64,000 bases of DNA from an uncultured Bacilli bacterium (GCA_944350345.1 CALVOP010000005.1:2575-66574); one strand, 5' to 3'. Positions 39,503 through 49,196 are shown, counted from the stretch's first letter. Numbers and translations: made by a program. The notes: a model not told the origin generated them from the letters alone.

Positions 39503-40660
39503 ATGTACGATAGGATTTTTTTAATAGTTTTGGATAGCTTGGGTGTTGGAGCGACTGCTGATGCTGTAAAGTATGGTGATGAAGGAGTCAATACTCTTGG
39601 TCATATTATTGAAAAGGGTAATTATAATTTAAATGTTTTGGAAAAATTAGGTTTTTTAAATTTAGTTGGTGTGAATAAAGAACGTACGATTGGTTACAGA
39701 ACTATTATGAAACCTAAGAATTTAGCAAAGGATACATTAAATGGGCATTATGAGATGATGGGATTGATTGAAGAAAAGCCTTTTCAAACTTATCCTGATG
39801 GTTTTCCTTTGGAATTAATTAGTGAAGTGCAACACGCGGTTGGTAGAGAAGTGATTGGTAATGTTGTAGCTTCTGGTACGGAAATAATTGAAGAATTAGG
39901 TGAAATGCATATGAAAACTGGAGCAATTATTATTTATACTTCTGCTGATTCTGTTCTTCAGGTTGCAGCACATGAGTCTATTGTTCCCGTTCAGGAATTA
40001 TACAATATTTGTAAAAAAATTAGTGAAATTGTCTTAACTGATAAATATAAGATAGGTAGGGTAATAGCAAGACCATTTATTGGCAAGCCTGGAGAATTTG
40101 TGAGAACTCCTAAAAGAAAAGATTTTACTGTTGTTCCGAAAGAAAATTACCTTGATTTGTTATTTAGAAATAAAATTGAAGTATTAGCTTTAGGTAAAAT
40201 AGGAGATATATTTGCTAATAAAAGCATTACTACATCTATTAAAACGTCTAATAATATAGATGGGCTAATGAAATTAATTGATGTTGCTAAAAGTGATTTT
40301 AAAGGACTTTGTTTTTTAAATTTAAATGATTTTGATACATTATATGGTCATAGAAGGGATAGAGATGGTTATTTAAGGGCATTAGAAGAACTTAATTATT
40401 ATTTGCCTATTTTCTTAAATAGATTAAAGCCAACAGATTTGGTTATTTTTACTGCTGACCATGGTAATGATCCTACATATACTGGTACTGATCATACTAG
40501 AGAAAATGTCCCTTTGATAGCTTATAGTACTAGTATGAAATCGAGTGGTGAACTGGAGCCTAGAGATACTTTCGCAGATATAGGGGCAACTATTATTGAT
40601 AATTTTAATATTGAAGATACATTAAAAACCGGAGTTAGTTTTTTAGAACTTTTGCATTAA
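39503..40660 (+). CDS. deoB: phosphopentomutase
   Basis: Motifs: IVLDSLGVG, NGHYEMMG, YTSADSVLQVAAHE, FDTLYGHRRD and FTADHGNDPT. Confidence 0.9.
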   Translation: MYDRIFLIVLDSLGVGATADAVKYGDEGVNTLGHIIEKGNYNLNVLEKLGFLNLVGVNKERTIGYRTIMKPKNLAKDTLNGHYEMMGLIEEKPFQTYPDGFPLELISEVQHAVGREVIGNVVASGTEIIEELGEMHMKTGAIIIYTSADSVLQVAAHESIVPVQELYNICKKISEIVLTDKYKIGRVIARPFIGKPGEFVRTPKRKDFTVVPKENYLDLLFRNKIEVLALGKIGDIFANKSITTSIKTSNNIDGLMKLIDVAKSDFKGLCFLNLNDFDTLYGHRRDRDGYLRALEELNYYLPIFLNRLKPTDLVIFTADHGNDPTYTGTDHTRENVPLIAYSTSMKSSGELEPRDTFADIGATIIDNFNIEDTLKTGVSFLELLH

Positions 40661-40686
40661 AAAAGAGACATTAAATCGTCTCTTTT
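40661..40686. terminator. bidirectional rho-independent terminator
   Basis: aaaagagac-attaaatc-gtctctttt is flanked by A/T runs on both sides. It sits between convergent deoB and the small SSRN-repeat ORF. Confidence 0.6.
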
Positions 40687-40693
40687 AAAATGA

Positions 40694-40831
40694 CTATTTA
40701 CATGAATTCCTACTACTATTTCTAGAAGAGTTCCTACTACTATTTCTTGAACTATTTCTACTGCTGTTTTTAGAACTGTTTCTACTAGTATTTCTACTAC
40801 TTTTTCTAGAACTGTTTCTGCTATTAGCCAT
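40694..40831 (-). CDS. unannotated 45-aa basic Ser/Arg/Asn repeat peptide
   Basis: My translation is MANSRNSSRKSSRNTSRNSSKNSSRNSSRNSSRNSSRNSSRNSCK*. AGGTGGTGA lies 7 nt upstream of the ATG (40829-40831, minus strand). The terminator hairpin follows the TAG directly. It falls below the ORF-track length cutoff. Confidence 0.45.
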   Translation of the reverse strand: MANSRNSSRKSSRNTSRNSSKNSSRNSSRNSSRNSSRNSSRNSCK

Positions 40832-40984
40832 TATTTTATCACCACCTGTTATTATTATTGTCATTAACTTTTTATTAATACTTAAATAACTTTTTATTTT
40901 ATGGAAATAATTGGGTTATAATTGGGTTATATTTGTATATAATAATTAATTATTGTATAATTGGTATTATAGGATGGTAAAATT

Positions 40985-43573
40985 ATGAAAGAAATATATC
41001 AAAAAACTATTGAAGAACTTTACTTAGAGTTTAATTCTTCATATAAAGGATTGAATTCATCAAAATATAAGAAATTGATAAAAAAATATGGTAAAAACGT
41101 TTTAGTGGAACAAAATAAAAAAACAAAATTAGAATTGTTTATTAAGCAATTTAAGAATATTATGATAATTCTTTTATTGGTTGTTGGTTTTTTGTCGCTT
41201 ATTTATTCTATTATTAATAAAAGTGATTTTTTAGAACCTATAGTTATTCTTGGAACGTCTATAATTAATTGTTTTATGGGTTTTTTGCAAGAGTCTAAGG
41301 CGGAAGATGCTATTGGAAAATTGAAAAAGTATACTACAAATTATGTTTCTGTTAAAAGAAATAATAAGTTTAAGAAAATAGACGCTAAGAATCTTGTAGT
41401 AGGGGATATTATCTTATTAGATGCTGGTGATAAAGTTCCTGCTGATGCTAGAATTATTGAGAGTTACTATGCTAAAACTGATGAATCTATTTTAACTGGT
41501 GAAAGTTTAAATGTTGATAAAAATAACGATGTGATTTTAAAAAAAGTATCGATTTCTGAAAGAACTAATATGGTTTTTAGCGGCACTATTTTAGTTGCTG
41601 GAAAGGTTCAAGCAATTGTTATTGCAACTGGTATGAATACTGAACTTGGCAAAATCGCTAAAGTTATTGATACTGATGAAGAGCCTCTTACACCATTACA
41701 ACTAAAAGTTGAGAAGATTAGTAAGTTTATTACTATTATTGCTAGTATTTTGGTTACTTTTGTTTTAATTTATGGCTTAATAAATAATTATACAATTTTA
41801 AATATTGTTATGTTGTGCGTTTCTATGATAGTTGCAAGTGTTCCTGAATGTTTACCTATCGCAATTACTGCTACATTATCTATTGGTGTAAACGAGATGG
41901 CTAAGAAAAAATCGATTGTGAGAAATTTGGCGGCGATTGAAACACTTGGCGCTACAGATGTTATTTGTACTGATAAAACTGGAACTATTACAGAAAATAA
42001 GTTGGAAGTTATTGATTTATTTTGCCTCAATTCTACTAACTCTTTAAAAGAAAATATGGTTTTAGTTCAGATTATGAATGTGTGTAATGATGCTCATAAA
42101 AATGATGAAAATGTTTATTATGGTGATTCTGTAGATGTTGCAATTAAAAATTATCTAAATAAATTTGGGCTTGATAATTTGAATTTTAATGTTATTCATG
42201 AATTACCTTTTGATTCTAATAGAAAAATGATGAGTGTTGTTTGTAATATTAGTAATAAAACTTTTATTTACACTAAAGGTAGTTTTGAATCACTTTTAAA
42301 AAAATCGACTCATGCTTTAATTGATGATAAAGTTGTTATGTTAGATAAGAATGTAAAAGAAAAATATGCTGAAGCAGAGAAGATTATGGCTAGTAATGGT
42401 TTAAAAGTGTTGGCTTTTGCATATAAGGAGTTAACTGACGCTAAAGATTATTCTAATGAAGAAAACGAACTGATTTTAGTGGGATTAATTGGCTTAAAAG
42501 ATCCTGTTAGGGAGAATATTGTTCTTGCGATAAATACTTGTAAAAAAGCTAATATTAGACCAATTATGCTTACCGGTGACAATTTAGAAACTGCTATTAG
42601 TATTGCTAAAGAAGTAGGTATATGTAAAAGTGAGAAAGAATGTATTAACGCTTCTCAATTGGATCATTTAAGTGATGATGAACTTATAAAGTATGTTAAT
42701 GATTATTCTGTTTTTGCTAGAGTAAGTCCTGAACATAAATTAAAAATTGTTAAAGTTTTGCAAAGTGAAGGTAAAGTGGTTGCCATGACTGGAGATGGAG
42801 TTAATGATGCTCCGGCGATTAAACTTGCTAATGTTGGTATTGGAATGGGGAAGAGTGGAACGGATGTTACAAAAGATGTTTCAGATATAATTTTGCTAGA
42901 TGATAGTTATAATACTATTGCAACTGCCGTGAGTGAGGGAAGAAGAATTTATGATAATGTTATTACAAATATTTTGTATAATTTATCAAGCAATTTTACT
43001 GAAATTGTTATTATTTTGATTGGAATGCTCACTGGAAATACTATTATATCGGCTATTCATGTTTTGTATATTGACTTGATTGCTGATACTATTCCTTCAA
43101 TTACATTGGCTTTTGAAAGTGCTTCTAAGAATATTATGGATAGAAAGCCAAATGGTTTAAATAAAAGGATTTTCACTAAGTATTTTACTGCTTTTTTGGT
43201 TATATCCGTGATTTTAGAAGCTGGAATTAGTTTAATTGTTTATTATCATTTTTCTCAGTATGGTAAAGATATAGCTCAAACTCTTGCTTTATTAAGTGTA
43301 GTTATTAATGAGTTTGTTTTTGTATATAATTGTAGAAGTTTAAAAGAACAGATTTACAAAAAGGGCATATTTTCTAATAAATATTTAAATATTGGTATTT
43401 TAGCATTAATTATAGTTCAAATTCTAGTATTTTTTACTCCTATTGGTAAATTGTTTGGGTTAGTTGTGATAAATTGGTCTCAATTTTTCTATGTTATTGT
43501 AATTAATATTATTTCTTTTGTTGTTATAGAACTTTTGAAACCTTTTATAGTAAAAAAATTTAGTGATGAATAG
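40985..43573 (+). CDS. P-type cation-transporting ATPase (P2-type, Ca2+-ATPase-like)
   Basis: Motifs: TGES, PECLP in TM4, the phosphorylation motif DKTGTITENK, MLTGDN and GDGVNDAPAIK. Confidence 0.9.
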   Translation: MKEIYQKTIEELYLEFNSSYKGLNSSKYKKLIKKYGKNVLVEQNKKTKLELFIKQFKNIMIILLLVVGFLSLIYSIINKSDFLEPIVILGTSIINCFMGFLQESKAEDAIGKLKKYTTNYVSVKRNNKFKKIDAKNLVVGDIILLDAGDKVPADARIIESYYAKTDESILTGESLNVDKNNDVILKKVSISERTNMVFSGTILVAGKVQAIVIATGMNTELGKIAKVIDTDEEPLTPLQLKVEKISKFITIIASILVTFVLIYGLINNYTILNIVMLCVSMIVASVPECLPIAITATLSIGVNEMAKKKSIVRNLAAIETLGATDVICTDKTGTITENKLEVIDLFCLNSTNSLKENMVLVQIMNVCNDAHKNDENVYYGDSVDVAIKNYLNKFGLDNLNFNVIHELPFDSNRKMMSVVCNISNKTFIYTKGSFESLLKKSTHALIDDKVVMLDKNVKEKYAEAEKIMASNGLKVLAFAYKELTDAKDYSNEENELILVGLIGLKDPVRENIVLAINTCKKANIRPIMLTGDNLETAISIAKEVGICKSEKECINASQLDHLSDDELIKYVNDYSVFARVSPEHKLKIVKVLQSEGKVVAMTGDGVNDAPAIKLANVGIGMGKSGTDVTKDVSDIILLDDSYNTIATAVSEGRRIYDNVITNILYNLSSNFTEIVIILIGMLTGNTIISAIHVLYIDLIADTIPSITLAFESASKNIMDRKPNGLNKRIFTKYFTAFLVISVILEAGISLIVYYHFSQYGKDIAQTLALLSVVINEFVFVYNCRSLKEQIYKKGIFSNKYLNIGILALIIVQILVFFTPIGKLFGLVVINWSQFFYVIVINIISFVVIELLKPFIVKKFSDE

Positions 43574-43652
43574 TTAACAAAAAGTTCAATTTAAATATTA
43601 TAAATTTAATATGGTAGTGTAATTATTTTGTTTAAGTTAAATAATATTAAAT

Positions 43653-44402
43653 ATGAGAGAATTTATTGCATTAATAATAACTACCATAGCTGGATTATCT
43701 ACTGTATTGGGCGGTTGTATTGTATTTTTTAAGATAAAGAATAGGGAGAAATTTATTTCTTTTTGCTTGAGCTTTTCTTTGAGTGTTATGATTACTATTT
43801 CAGTTATTGATTTAATTCCTGCTTCTTTTATTGAATTAAATAATAGTTTTAGTTTACTAAAAAGTATTTTTATAACTATTTTATTATTTGTAGTAGGGGC
43901 TATTTTGGTTAATATTTTAGATAGAAATATAAAGGTTAGTAAAAGTAAAAATTCTAATTTGTATAAATTAGGTATTTTAAATATGATTGCTTTAATGTTG
44001 CATAATTTTCCAGAAGGTATCGCGACGTTTATGACTTCCTATAGTGATTTGAGTATTGGAATAAGCCTTAGTTTAGCTATTATGATGCATAATATACCTG
44101 AAGGGATTAGCATAGCTGTTCCACTCTACTATTCTACGGGTAAAAAGGGGAGGGGTATACTTTATACGTTTATCTCTGCTTTAGCTGAGCCTTTAGGGGC
44201 TATAGTAGCATTTCTTTTTTTGAAACAATATATAAATATGCTTACAATAAGTTATGTATTAATAATAGTTGCTGGAATTATGATAACAATTTCTATAAAT
44301 GAATTGTTTCCAGAAGCTATTAAATATAATGAAAGTAAGCAAATTAAGTTGGGTATGTTGCTTGGAGTAGTGGTAATATTAATAAATCATTTTTTGTTTT
44401 AA
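43653..44402 (+). CDS. zupT: ZIP-family zinc transporter ZupT
   Basis: 8 TM segments, with HNFPEGIA and HNIPEGISIAVP motifs. Confidence 0.85.
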   Translation: MREFIALIITTIAGLSTVLGGCIVFFKIKNREKFISFCLSFSLSVMITISVIDLIPASFIELNNSFSLLKSIFITILLFVVGAILVNILDRNIKVSKSKNSNLYKLGILNMIALMLHNFPEGIATFMTSYSDLSIGISLSLAIMMHNIPEGISIAVPLYYSTGKKGRGILYTFISALAEPLGAIVAFLFLKQYINMLTISYVLIIVAGIMITISINELFPEAIKYNESKQIKLGMLLGVVVILINHFLF

Positions 44403-44456
44403 ACGCAACTTAACATAATATATATTATCGGAAGTTGAACAAATAGAAAAAAGTGG

Positions 44457-45242
44457 TTATTTGTTTACCACTTTTCTTGTTTCTATTTCAGCTATTTTGT
44501 TTAATACTTCCTGCGCATTTTCGCTTGTTAACGCTGTATAGCCTAATTCTCTTAATGCTTGTAGTTTAATTGTATTTATCTGTTGAGTTCTACTTAAAGC
44601 TTCTTCTTTTTTACTTTCTATTTCTTGTACAAATCTATCATGTGATGCAATTAATTTGCTTTTAGTTGCTCCACCATTATTATATAAATTCATAGCTGTA
44701 AATACTATGCTTTCTAATATGAATTGCGCATTTTCATCAAATTTATATTCATTTGGATTGGTAAAGCCTAATGTTTTGCTTAAATACGCAAATATGTATT
44801 TAATCTCCGGAATGTTATCAATTGATTGTAGTATGTGATACAAATATAAAAATTCGTAATATGTATCTTTGTTTTTTTCATCACTAAATTTTTCTTTTAT
44901 TAGAAAAATAAGATCGTTTATTAATGTGTGTTCTTCTTTAGATAAATTGTTCATATTAAAATATATGTCAGCACTATCTGTATTTCTATTTGCTGCATCA
45001 AGTCTTGTTTCTATATCTTCCATTAATTCTGCATTTATTTTTAATTTATCTAATGCATCATCTGGCTTTTCTTCATTAATTCCAAGTAGTTTACAAATTA
45101 AAATTCTTTTTTCGCTTGGCCAACTTTCAATGCTATTTAGTTCAAGATAGTTATATACCATTTGCCTTGATACTCCTAAATATTTTGCTAATTTTACTTT
45201 TGATACTCCTGCTTCTTGTAATAAATCGCTTAATTTTTTCAT
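44457..45242 (-). CDS. XRE-type helix-turn-helix domain protein with long C-terminal helical domain (function unknown)
   Basis: The N-terminal HTH is LSDLLQEAGVSKVKLAKYLGVSRQMVYNYLE. I did not recognise the remaining ~200 aa. Confidence 0.6.
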   Translation of the reverse strand: MKKLSDLLQEAGVSKVKLAKYLGVSRQMVYNYLELNSIESWPSEKRILICKLLGINEEKPDDALDKLKINAELMEDIETRLDAANRNTDSADIYFNMNNLSKEEHTLINDLIFLIKEKFSDEKNKDTYYEFLYLYHILQSIDNIPEIKYIFAYLSKTLGFTNPNEYKFDENAQFILESIVFTAMNLYNNGGATKSKLIASHDRFVQEIESKKEEALSRTQQINTIKLQALRELGYTALTSENAQEVLNKIAEIETRKVVNK

Positions 45243-45268
45243 TTATCTCTAACCTCTTTACTATTTAC

Positions 45269-45301
45269 ATTATAAAACACTTGACAATTACATGTCAAGT
45301 G
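45269..45301 (-). promoter_or_regulatory. consensus sigma-A promoter overlapped by a 9-bp inverted repeat (candidate operator / mnmA terminator)
   Basis: On the minus strand, TTGACA (45298-45293), an 18-nt spacer, then TATAAT (45274-45269). The inverted repeat cacttgaca-N6-tgtcaagtg spans 45278-45301. Confidence 0.45.
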
Positions 45302-45314
45302 TCAATTTACATTT

Positions 45315-46406
45315 TTATAAATACCAAAGTTTTTCTCCATTTTTTCTAACTTCTTTTATTATTCCACCGCCAATACATTCGTTTCCTAAATATATTACGC
45401 AGGCTTGCCCTGGTGTAACAGCTTTAGCTGAGTCATACTTTATAACTATCTCTTTTTCGCTTAAATATTCTATTCTTATTGGCACATCCTCTCCTCTATA
45501 TCTAAATTTGCAAGTTGCAAACGTTGGTTTTTCACTACTTATATAGTTCATTTCCTCGATGACTGCTTCATCACTCATAAGATATTTGTTGTCTTCTCCG
45601 TATGCAACATAAAGAATATTTTTTTCTACATTTTTTCCACATACGTAATGTCTTTTATCGTCTCCGCTTAATCCCACGTTTCTTCTTTGACCTATTGTAT
45701 AATTCATTAAACCATTATGCTTGCCAATTACTTCGTTTGTTTCAACGTTTATTATGTCTCCTTCTTTACCTTTTATGTAGTTTTGTACAAATTGTTGGTA
45801 ATGCCTTTCACCAATAAAACATATTCCTGTGCTATCTTTTTTATTTGCTACATTTAATCCTATTTCTTTTGCAATTTTTCTGACTTCTGGTTTGGTTAAA
45901 TGACCTATTGGAAATAGAATATCTTTAAAATTATCTACTTTTACTTGAGATAAGAAATAGGTTTGATCTTTATTTAAATCTACTGCTCTTAAAAGTTTAT
46001 TTCCTTCTTTTCTTGCATAATGTCCAGTCGCTATTTTGTCTGCGCCTAGTTTTTTAGCTTCTTTTAAAAATAAATCAAATTTTATATATTTGTTACACAT
46101 AATATCTGGGTTTGGTGTTCTACCTTTCTCTAATTCTTTTAAAAAGTATGTAAAAACGTTATCCCAATATTCTTTTATAAAATCTACTCTATAAAGTGGT
46201 ATACCCAATATATCGCATGCGTTTTTTGCATCAATAAAGTCTTGCTCTTGCGGACATATGCCTTCTGTTATGCCTTCTGGATCATTGTTTATATGACTAT
46301 CCCAATTTTTCATGAATAAGCCTACTACATCATACCCTTCTTTTAAAAGTAAGTATGCTGCAACAGCACTATCAACGCCACCACTTATTCCAACTACAAC
46401 TTTCAT
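45315..46406 (-). CDS. mnmA: tRNA-specific 2-thiouridylase MnmA
   Basis: PP-loop VGISGGVDSAVAAYLL, plus FMKNWD, TPNPDIMCN, ATGHYAR, KDQTYFL and DSTGICFIGE. Confidence 0.95.
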   Translation of the reverse strand: MKVVVGISGGVDSAVAAYLLLKEGYDVVGLFMKNWDSHINNDPEGITEGICPQEQDFIDAKNACDILGIPLYRVDFIKEYWDNVFTYFLKELEKGRTPNPDIMCNKYIKFDLFLKEAKKLGADKIATGHYARKEGNKLLRAVDLNKDQTYFLSQVKVDNFKDILFPIGHLTKPEVRKIAKEIGLNVANKKDSTGICFIGERHYQQFVQNYIKGKEGDIINVETNEVIGKHNGLMNYTIGQRRNVGLSGDDKRHYVCGKNVEKNILYVAYGEDNKYLMSDEAVIEEMNYISSEKPTFATCKFRYRGEDVPIRIEYLSEKEIVIKYDSAKAVTPGQACVIYLGNECIGGGIIKEVRKNGEKLWYL

Positions 46407-46438
46407 AAGCTAAATCACCTAATAAAAGTATAGCATAT

Positions 46439-47026
46439 TTAGAAAAAAATACCTAATATAAAGTGATTTAAGTATATTTCTAATATGCTACTTAATAGTA
46501 ATATCAGTATGAAACTTACATATAAAATGAACACTTTTTTACAAAATATTCTTAGATTTATTGTGTCGTTCTTGTATATAGATTTCATTATTTTATAACT
46601 TATTGATACCATTATAATTGAGAAAAGTATAAAAACTATTATGTTTATTATTTCATGTGGAAATGTAAAAATTAGACTATATATAAAACCTTTTATGCCA
46701 AATATCATTATAAAACTACTCATTAAAAAACCAGTTAAAAATCCTTTATAAAAAATGACAAAAAATATTATTGGTGTAAATATAATTGATATGGAACATA
46801 CCCATATTATAGTTAAATATAATAAATTATTTTTAAAACTAATTAGTATAGAATTTATGGAATCTTGAGAGTTGCCTACTAGATTCAAATATTCTTCTAT
46901 TTCTGACTTTATAATTAGTTTGTCCACTTCACTAATAAAAAATAAAAATATTATTCCAAAAACTATTCCAATTAAAAATGTTACAATTACTGGTAAATTA
47001 AATCTTTTATTAATTATTTTTTTCAT
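46439..47026 (-). CDS. spoIIM: stage II sporulation protein M
   Basis: 195 aa with about 5 TM segments and a SpoIIM-like pattern (...FKNNL..., FPHEIINI). Confidence 0.7.
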   Translation of the reverse strand: MKKIINKRFNLPVIVTFLIGIVFGIIFLFFISEVDKLIIKSEIEEYLNLVGNSQDSINSILISFKNNLLYLTIIWVCSISIIFTPIIFFVIFYKGFLTGFLMSSFIMIFGIKGFIYSLIFTFPHEIINIIVFILFSIIMVSISYKIMKSIYKNDTINLRIFCKKVFILYVSFILILLLSSILEIYLNHFILGIFF

Positions 47027-47089
47027 ACTTAATTATATTTATCTATTTAAAAACTATGCAAAATATATTATAATTATTTTGGTGATTGT

Positions 47090-47197
47090 ATGAAAAAGAA
47101 AACTAAAAAGATATTATTACGAGTATGTACTTGGGGTTTTGTTTTACTTTTAACTCTTGGAATGTTATCAAGTATTATAATGTTATTCTTTTTATAA
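47090..47197 (+). CDS. possible 35-aa hydrophobic peptide
   Basis: MKKKTKKILLRVCTWGFVLLLTLGMLSSIIMLFFL*. GGTGA lies 4 nt upstream. It is followed by a palindromic terminator shared with the convergent uppS. Confidence 0.3.
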   Translation: MKKKTKKILLRVCTWGFVLLLTLGMLSSIIMLFFL

Positions 47198-47223
47198 AAA
47201 AAATAGTTTTAAACTATTTTTTT
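47198..47223. terminator. bidirectional terminator between the small ORF and uppS
   Basis: The palindrome aaaaaatagtt-ttaa-aactatttttt overlaps the uppS stop codon. Confidence 0.45.
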
Positions 47224-47927
47224 ATTCCTCCAAAACGTCTATCCCTTTTGTTATATACGTCTAATGCAATATCAAATTCTTTTTCATCAAAATCTGGAAA
47301 ATATACTTTCGGAAAATACATTTCAGCATAAGCTATTTGGTATAACATAAAGTTGCTTACTCTCACTTCTCCGCTAGTTCTAATCATAAAATCAATTGGT
47401 GGTAAATCTTGAAATAAGTAGTGGCTAAAACTTTCTGTGTTTATGTCTTCAATACTTATGTTTTTATTTATTACATCACTAACTATTTTTTTAGTAGCTT
47501 CTACTATTTCACTTTGTCCTCCATAGTTTAATAGTATATTAAATGTTCCACCGTCGTTGTTTTTTGTCATTTCACTAATTTCTTGCATACTTTCCCAAAC
47601 GTCATTTCTTAATGGCTCTTTTAACCCGGAAAATACTACTTTTATGTTTTTTTTCATAAAATAGTCTTTTTCATCTTTAAATTTGCTAACAAATAAATTC
47701 ATTAAATAATTTACTTCTTCTACATCTCTTTTAAAATTTTCAGTTGAAAATGCATATACTGATAGATATTTTACTCCTTTATTTAATATATGTACTGCTA
47801 ATTTTTTTAGAGTTTTGTATCCTGCCGCATGACCAGCACTTCTTTTGAGCCCTCGTTCTGTGGCCCATCTGCCATTTCCATCCATTATTATTCCTACATG
47901 GTTTGGTATTTTATATTCATCGTTCAT
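47214..47927 (-). CDS. uppS: undecaprenyl-diphosphate synthase (isoprenyl transferase)
   Basis: Motifs: HVGIIMDGNGRWA, YAFSTENFKR, IRTSGE.R.SNF..YQ.AY and RRFGG. Confidence 0.95.
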   Translation of the reverse strand: MNDEYKIPNHVGIIMDGNGRWATERGLKRSAGHAAGYKTLKKLAVHILNKGVKYLSVYAFSTENFKRDVEEVNYLMNLFVSKFKDEKDYFMKKNIKVVFSGLKEPLRNDVWESMQEISEMTKNNDGGTFNILLNYGGQSEIVEATKKIVSDVINKNISIEDINTESFSHYLFQDLPPIDFMIRTSGEVRVSNFMLYQIAYAEMYFPKVYFPDFDEKEFDIALDVYNKRDRRFGGIKK

Positions 47928-48011
47928 AATATACTCCTTTGCTTATGTATTATATCACATTAAAGTTGTATTTTTATATATGTTGTATAATGTTTTACAC
48001 ATGAAAAAAGG

Positions 48012-48986
48012 CTAATTTTCGCCTTCTTCTAACATTGTTCTTATAAATATTGCATAACCTTTTGTTACATCATCTACTACTACGTGAGTTACCGCGCCTA
48101 TTATTTTATTGTTTTGTATTATAGGGCTACCGCTCATTCCTTGTACTACTCCTCCAGTTTCTTCTAGTAATTTTTTATCAGTAATTTTAAAACTAATTGC
48201 TTTAGAGGTATCTATACTTCTTTCTTCTTTTTTAGTAATTTCTATTTCATATTTTTCTTTGTTTTCTTCATCTATTGTTGTATAGATGTATGCAGTTCCT
48301 ATTTCTATTTCATCGAAGTCTGCAACTTTTAATGGCTCAGTATTTGGCATATTTACTTTATAGTTTCCAAAAATTCCTTTTTTTGTGTTTTCTACTATTG
48401 TTCCTAGTGTGCTTTTAAAATTTATTGTTGCATTTTTGCTTCCTACTGTTCCATTAGCGCTTCTATCTATACTGTTTACATAGCTTTCATAAATGTTACC
48501 TGATCTTACTTCTACTATATTATTTGTCTCATTCATAGTTATCTCGTGCCCTAAAGCACCATAGATTTTAGTCACTGGATCTATATATGTAAGTGTCCCT
48601 ACTCCGTTTATTTTTTCTTTTATATATAATCCAGTTTTAAATATATTGCCTTCTTTTATAATGTTTAAATATGTTTCAATTGTTTTACCATTTCGCTCTA
48701 TTGTTATGTTTATTTTTCCATCTTTGATGTTTGAAGATATCGTTTTAGTCATTTCATCGATAGAAGTTACTTCACTCTCTTCTATTTTTGTAATTATATC
48801 TCCTACTTTAAGTGTTTCTTTTCCAATATATTTATCATCGACTTTATAAAAACCTACTACTGTTAAACCTTTAGAATTTATAGTTATTCCGATGTTTTCT
48901 CCACCAGGTATTATATATTCTGAATAAGCGAGTAGTTCTAATGGCATAATTATGGCTAATAGAAGTGATATCATAATTTTTTTCAT
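48012..48986 (-). CDS. spoIVB: SpoIVB peptidase (S55 signalling serine protease, PDZ domain)
   Basis: A signal or anchor, a PDZ-like block (LKVGDIITKIE) and the catalytic block GIFGN...VQGMSGSPIIQNNKIIGAVTHV. Confidence 0.85.
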   Translation of the reverse strand: MKKIMISLLLAIIMPLELLAYSEYIIPGGENIGITINSKGLTVVGFYKVDDKYIGKETLKVGDIITKIEESEVTSIDEMTKTISSNIKDGKINITIERNGKTIETYLNIIKEGNIFKTGLYIKEKINGVGTLTYIDPVTKIYGALGHEITMNETNNIVEVRSGNIYESYVNSIDRSANGTVGSKNATINFKSTLGTIVENTKKGIFGNYKVNMPNTEPLKVADFDEIEIGTAYIYTTIDEENKEKYEIEITKKEERSIDTSKAISFKITDKKLLEETGGVVQGMSGSPIIQNNKIIGAVTHVVVDDVTKGYAIFIRTMLEEGEN

Positions 48987-49024
48987 TAATTTAACACCTC
49001 ACTATTAATATTTACAATAAAAAA

Positions 49025-49053
49025 ACTAATACTTTGGAAATTTAAGTATTAGT
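49025..49053. terminator. hairpin terminator, copy A of a duplicated element
   Basis: actaatactt-N9-aagtattagt is flanked by A-run and T-run. It is nearly identical to 54030-54057. Confidence 0.5.
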
Positions 49054-49196
49054 AATTTTTGCCATTTTTTGTTTTAATAGATTATTTATTTTCATTACAT
49101 GACTTAATATTAAGTTATTTTATTGCTTCATATTTTGTATTTTTAATAAATGCATCAAAAAGGAAATAAATGTAAAAAATAATAACGGAAAAGACA

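Noticed and set aside
48987-49060. A forespore (sigma-F/G) promoter upstream of spoIVB.
   Set aside because: I could not find -35 and -10 elements (GnATA / CATAnTA-type) at acceptable spacing by eye. Any call would be guesswork.
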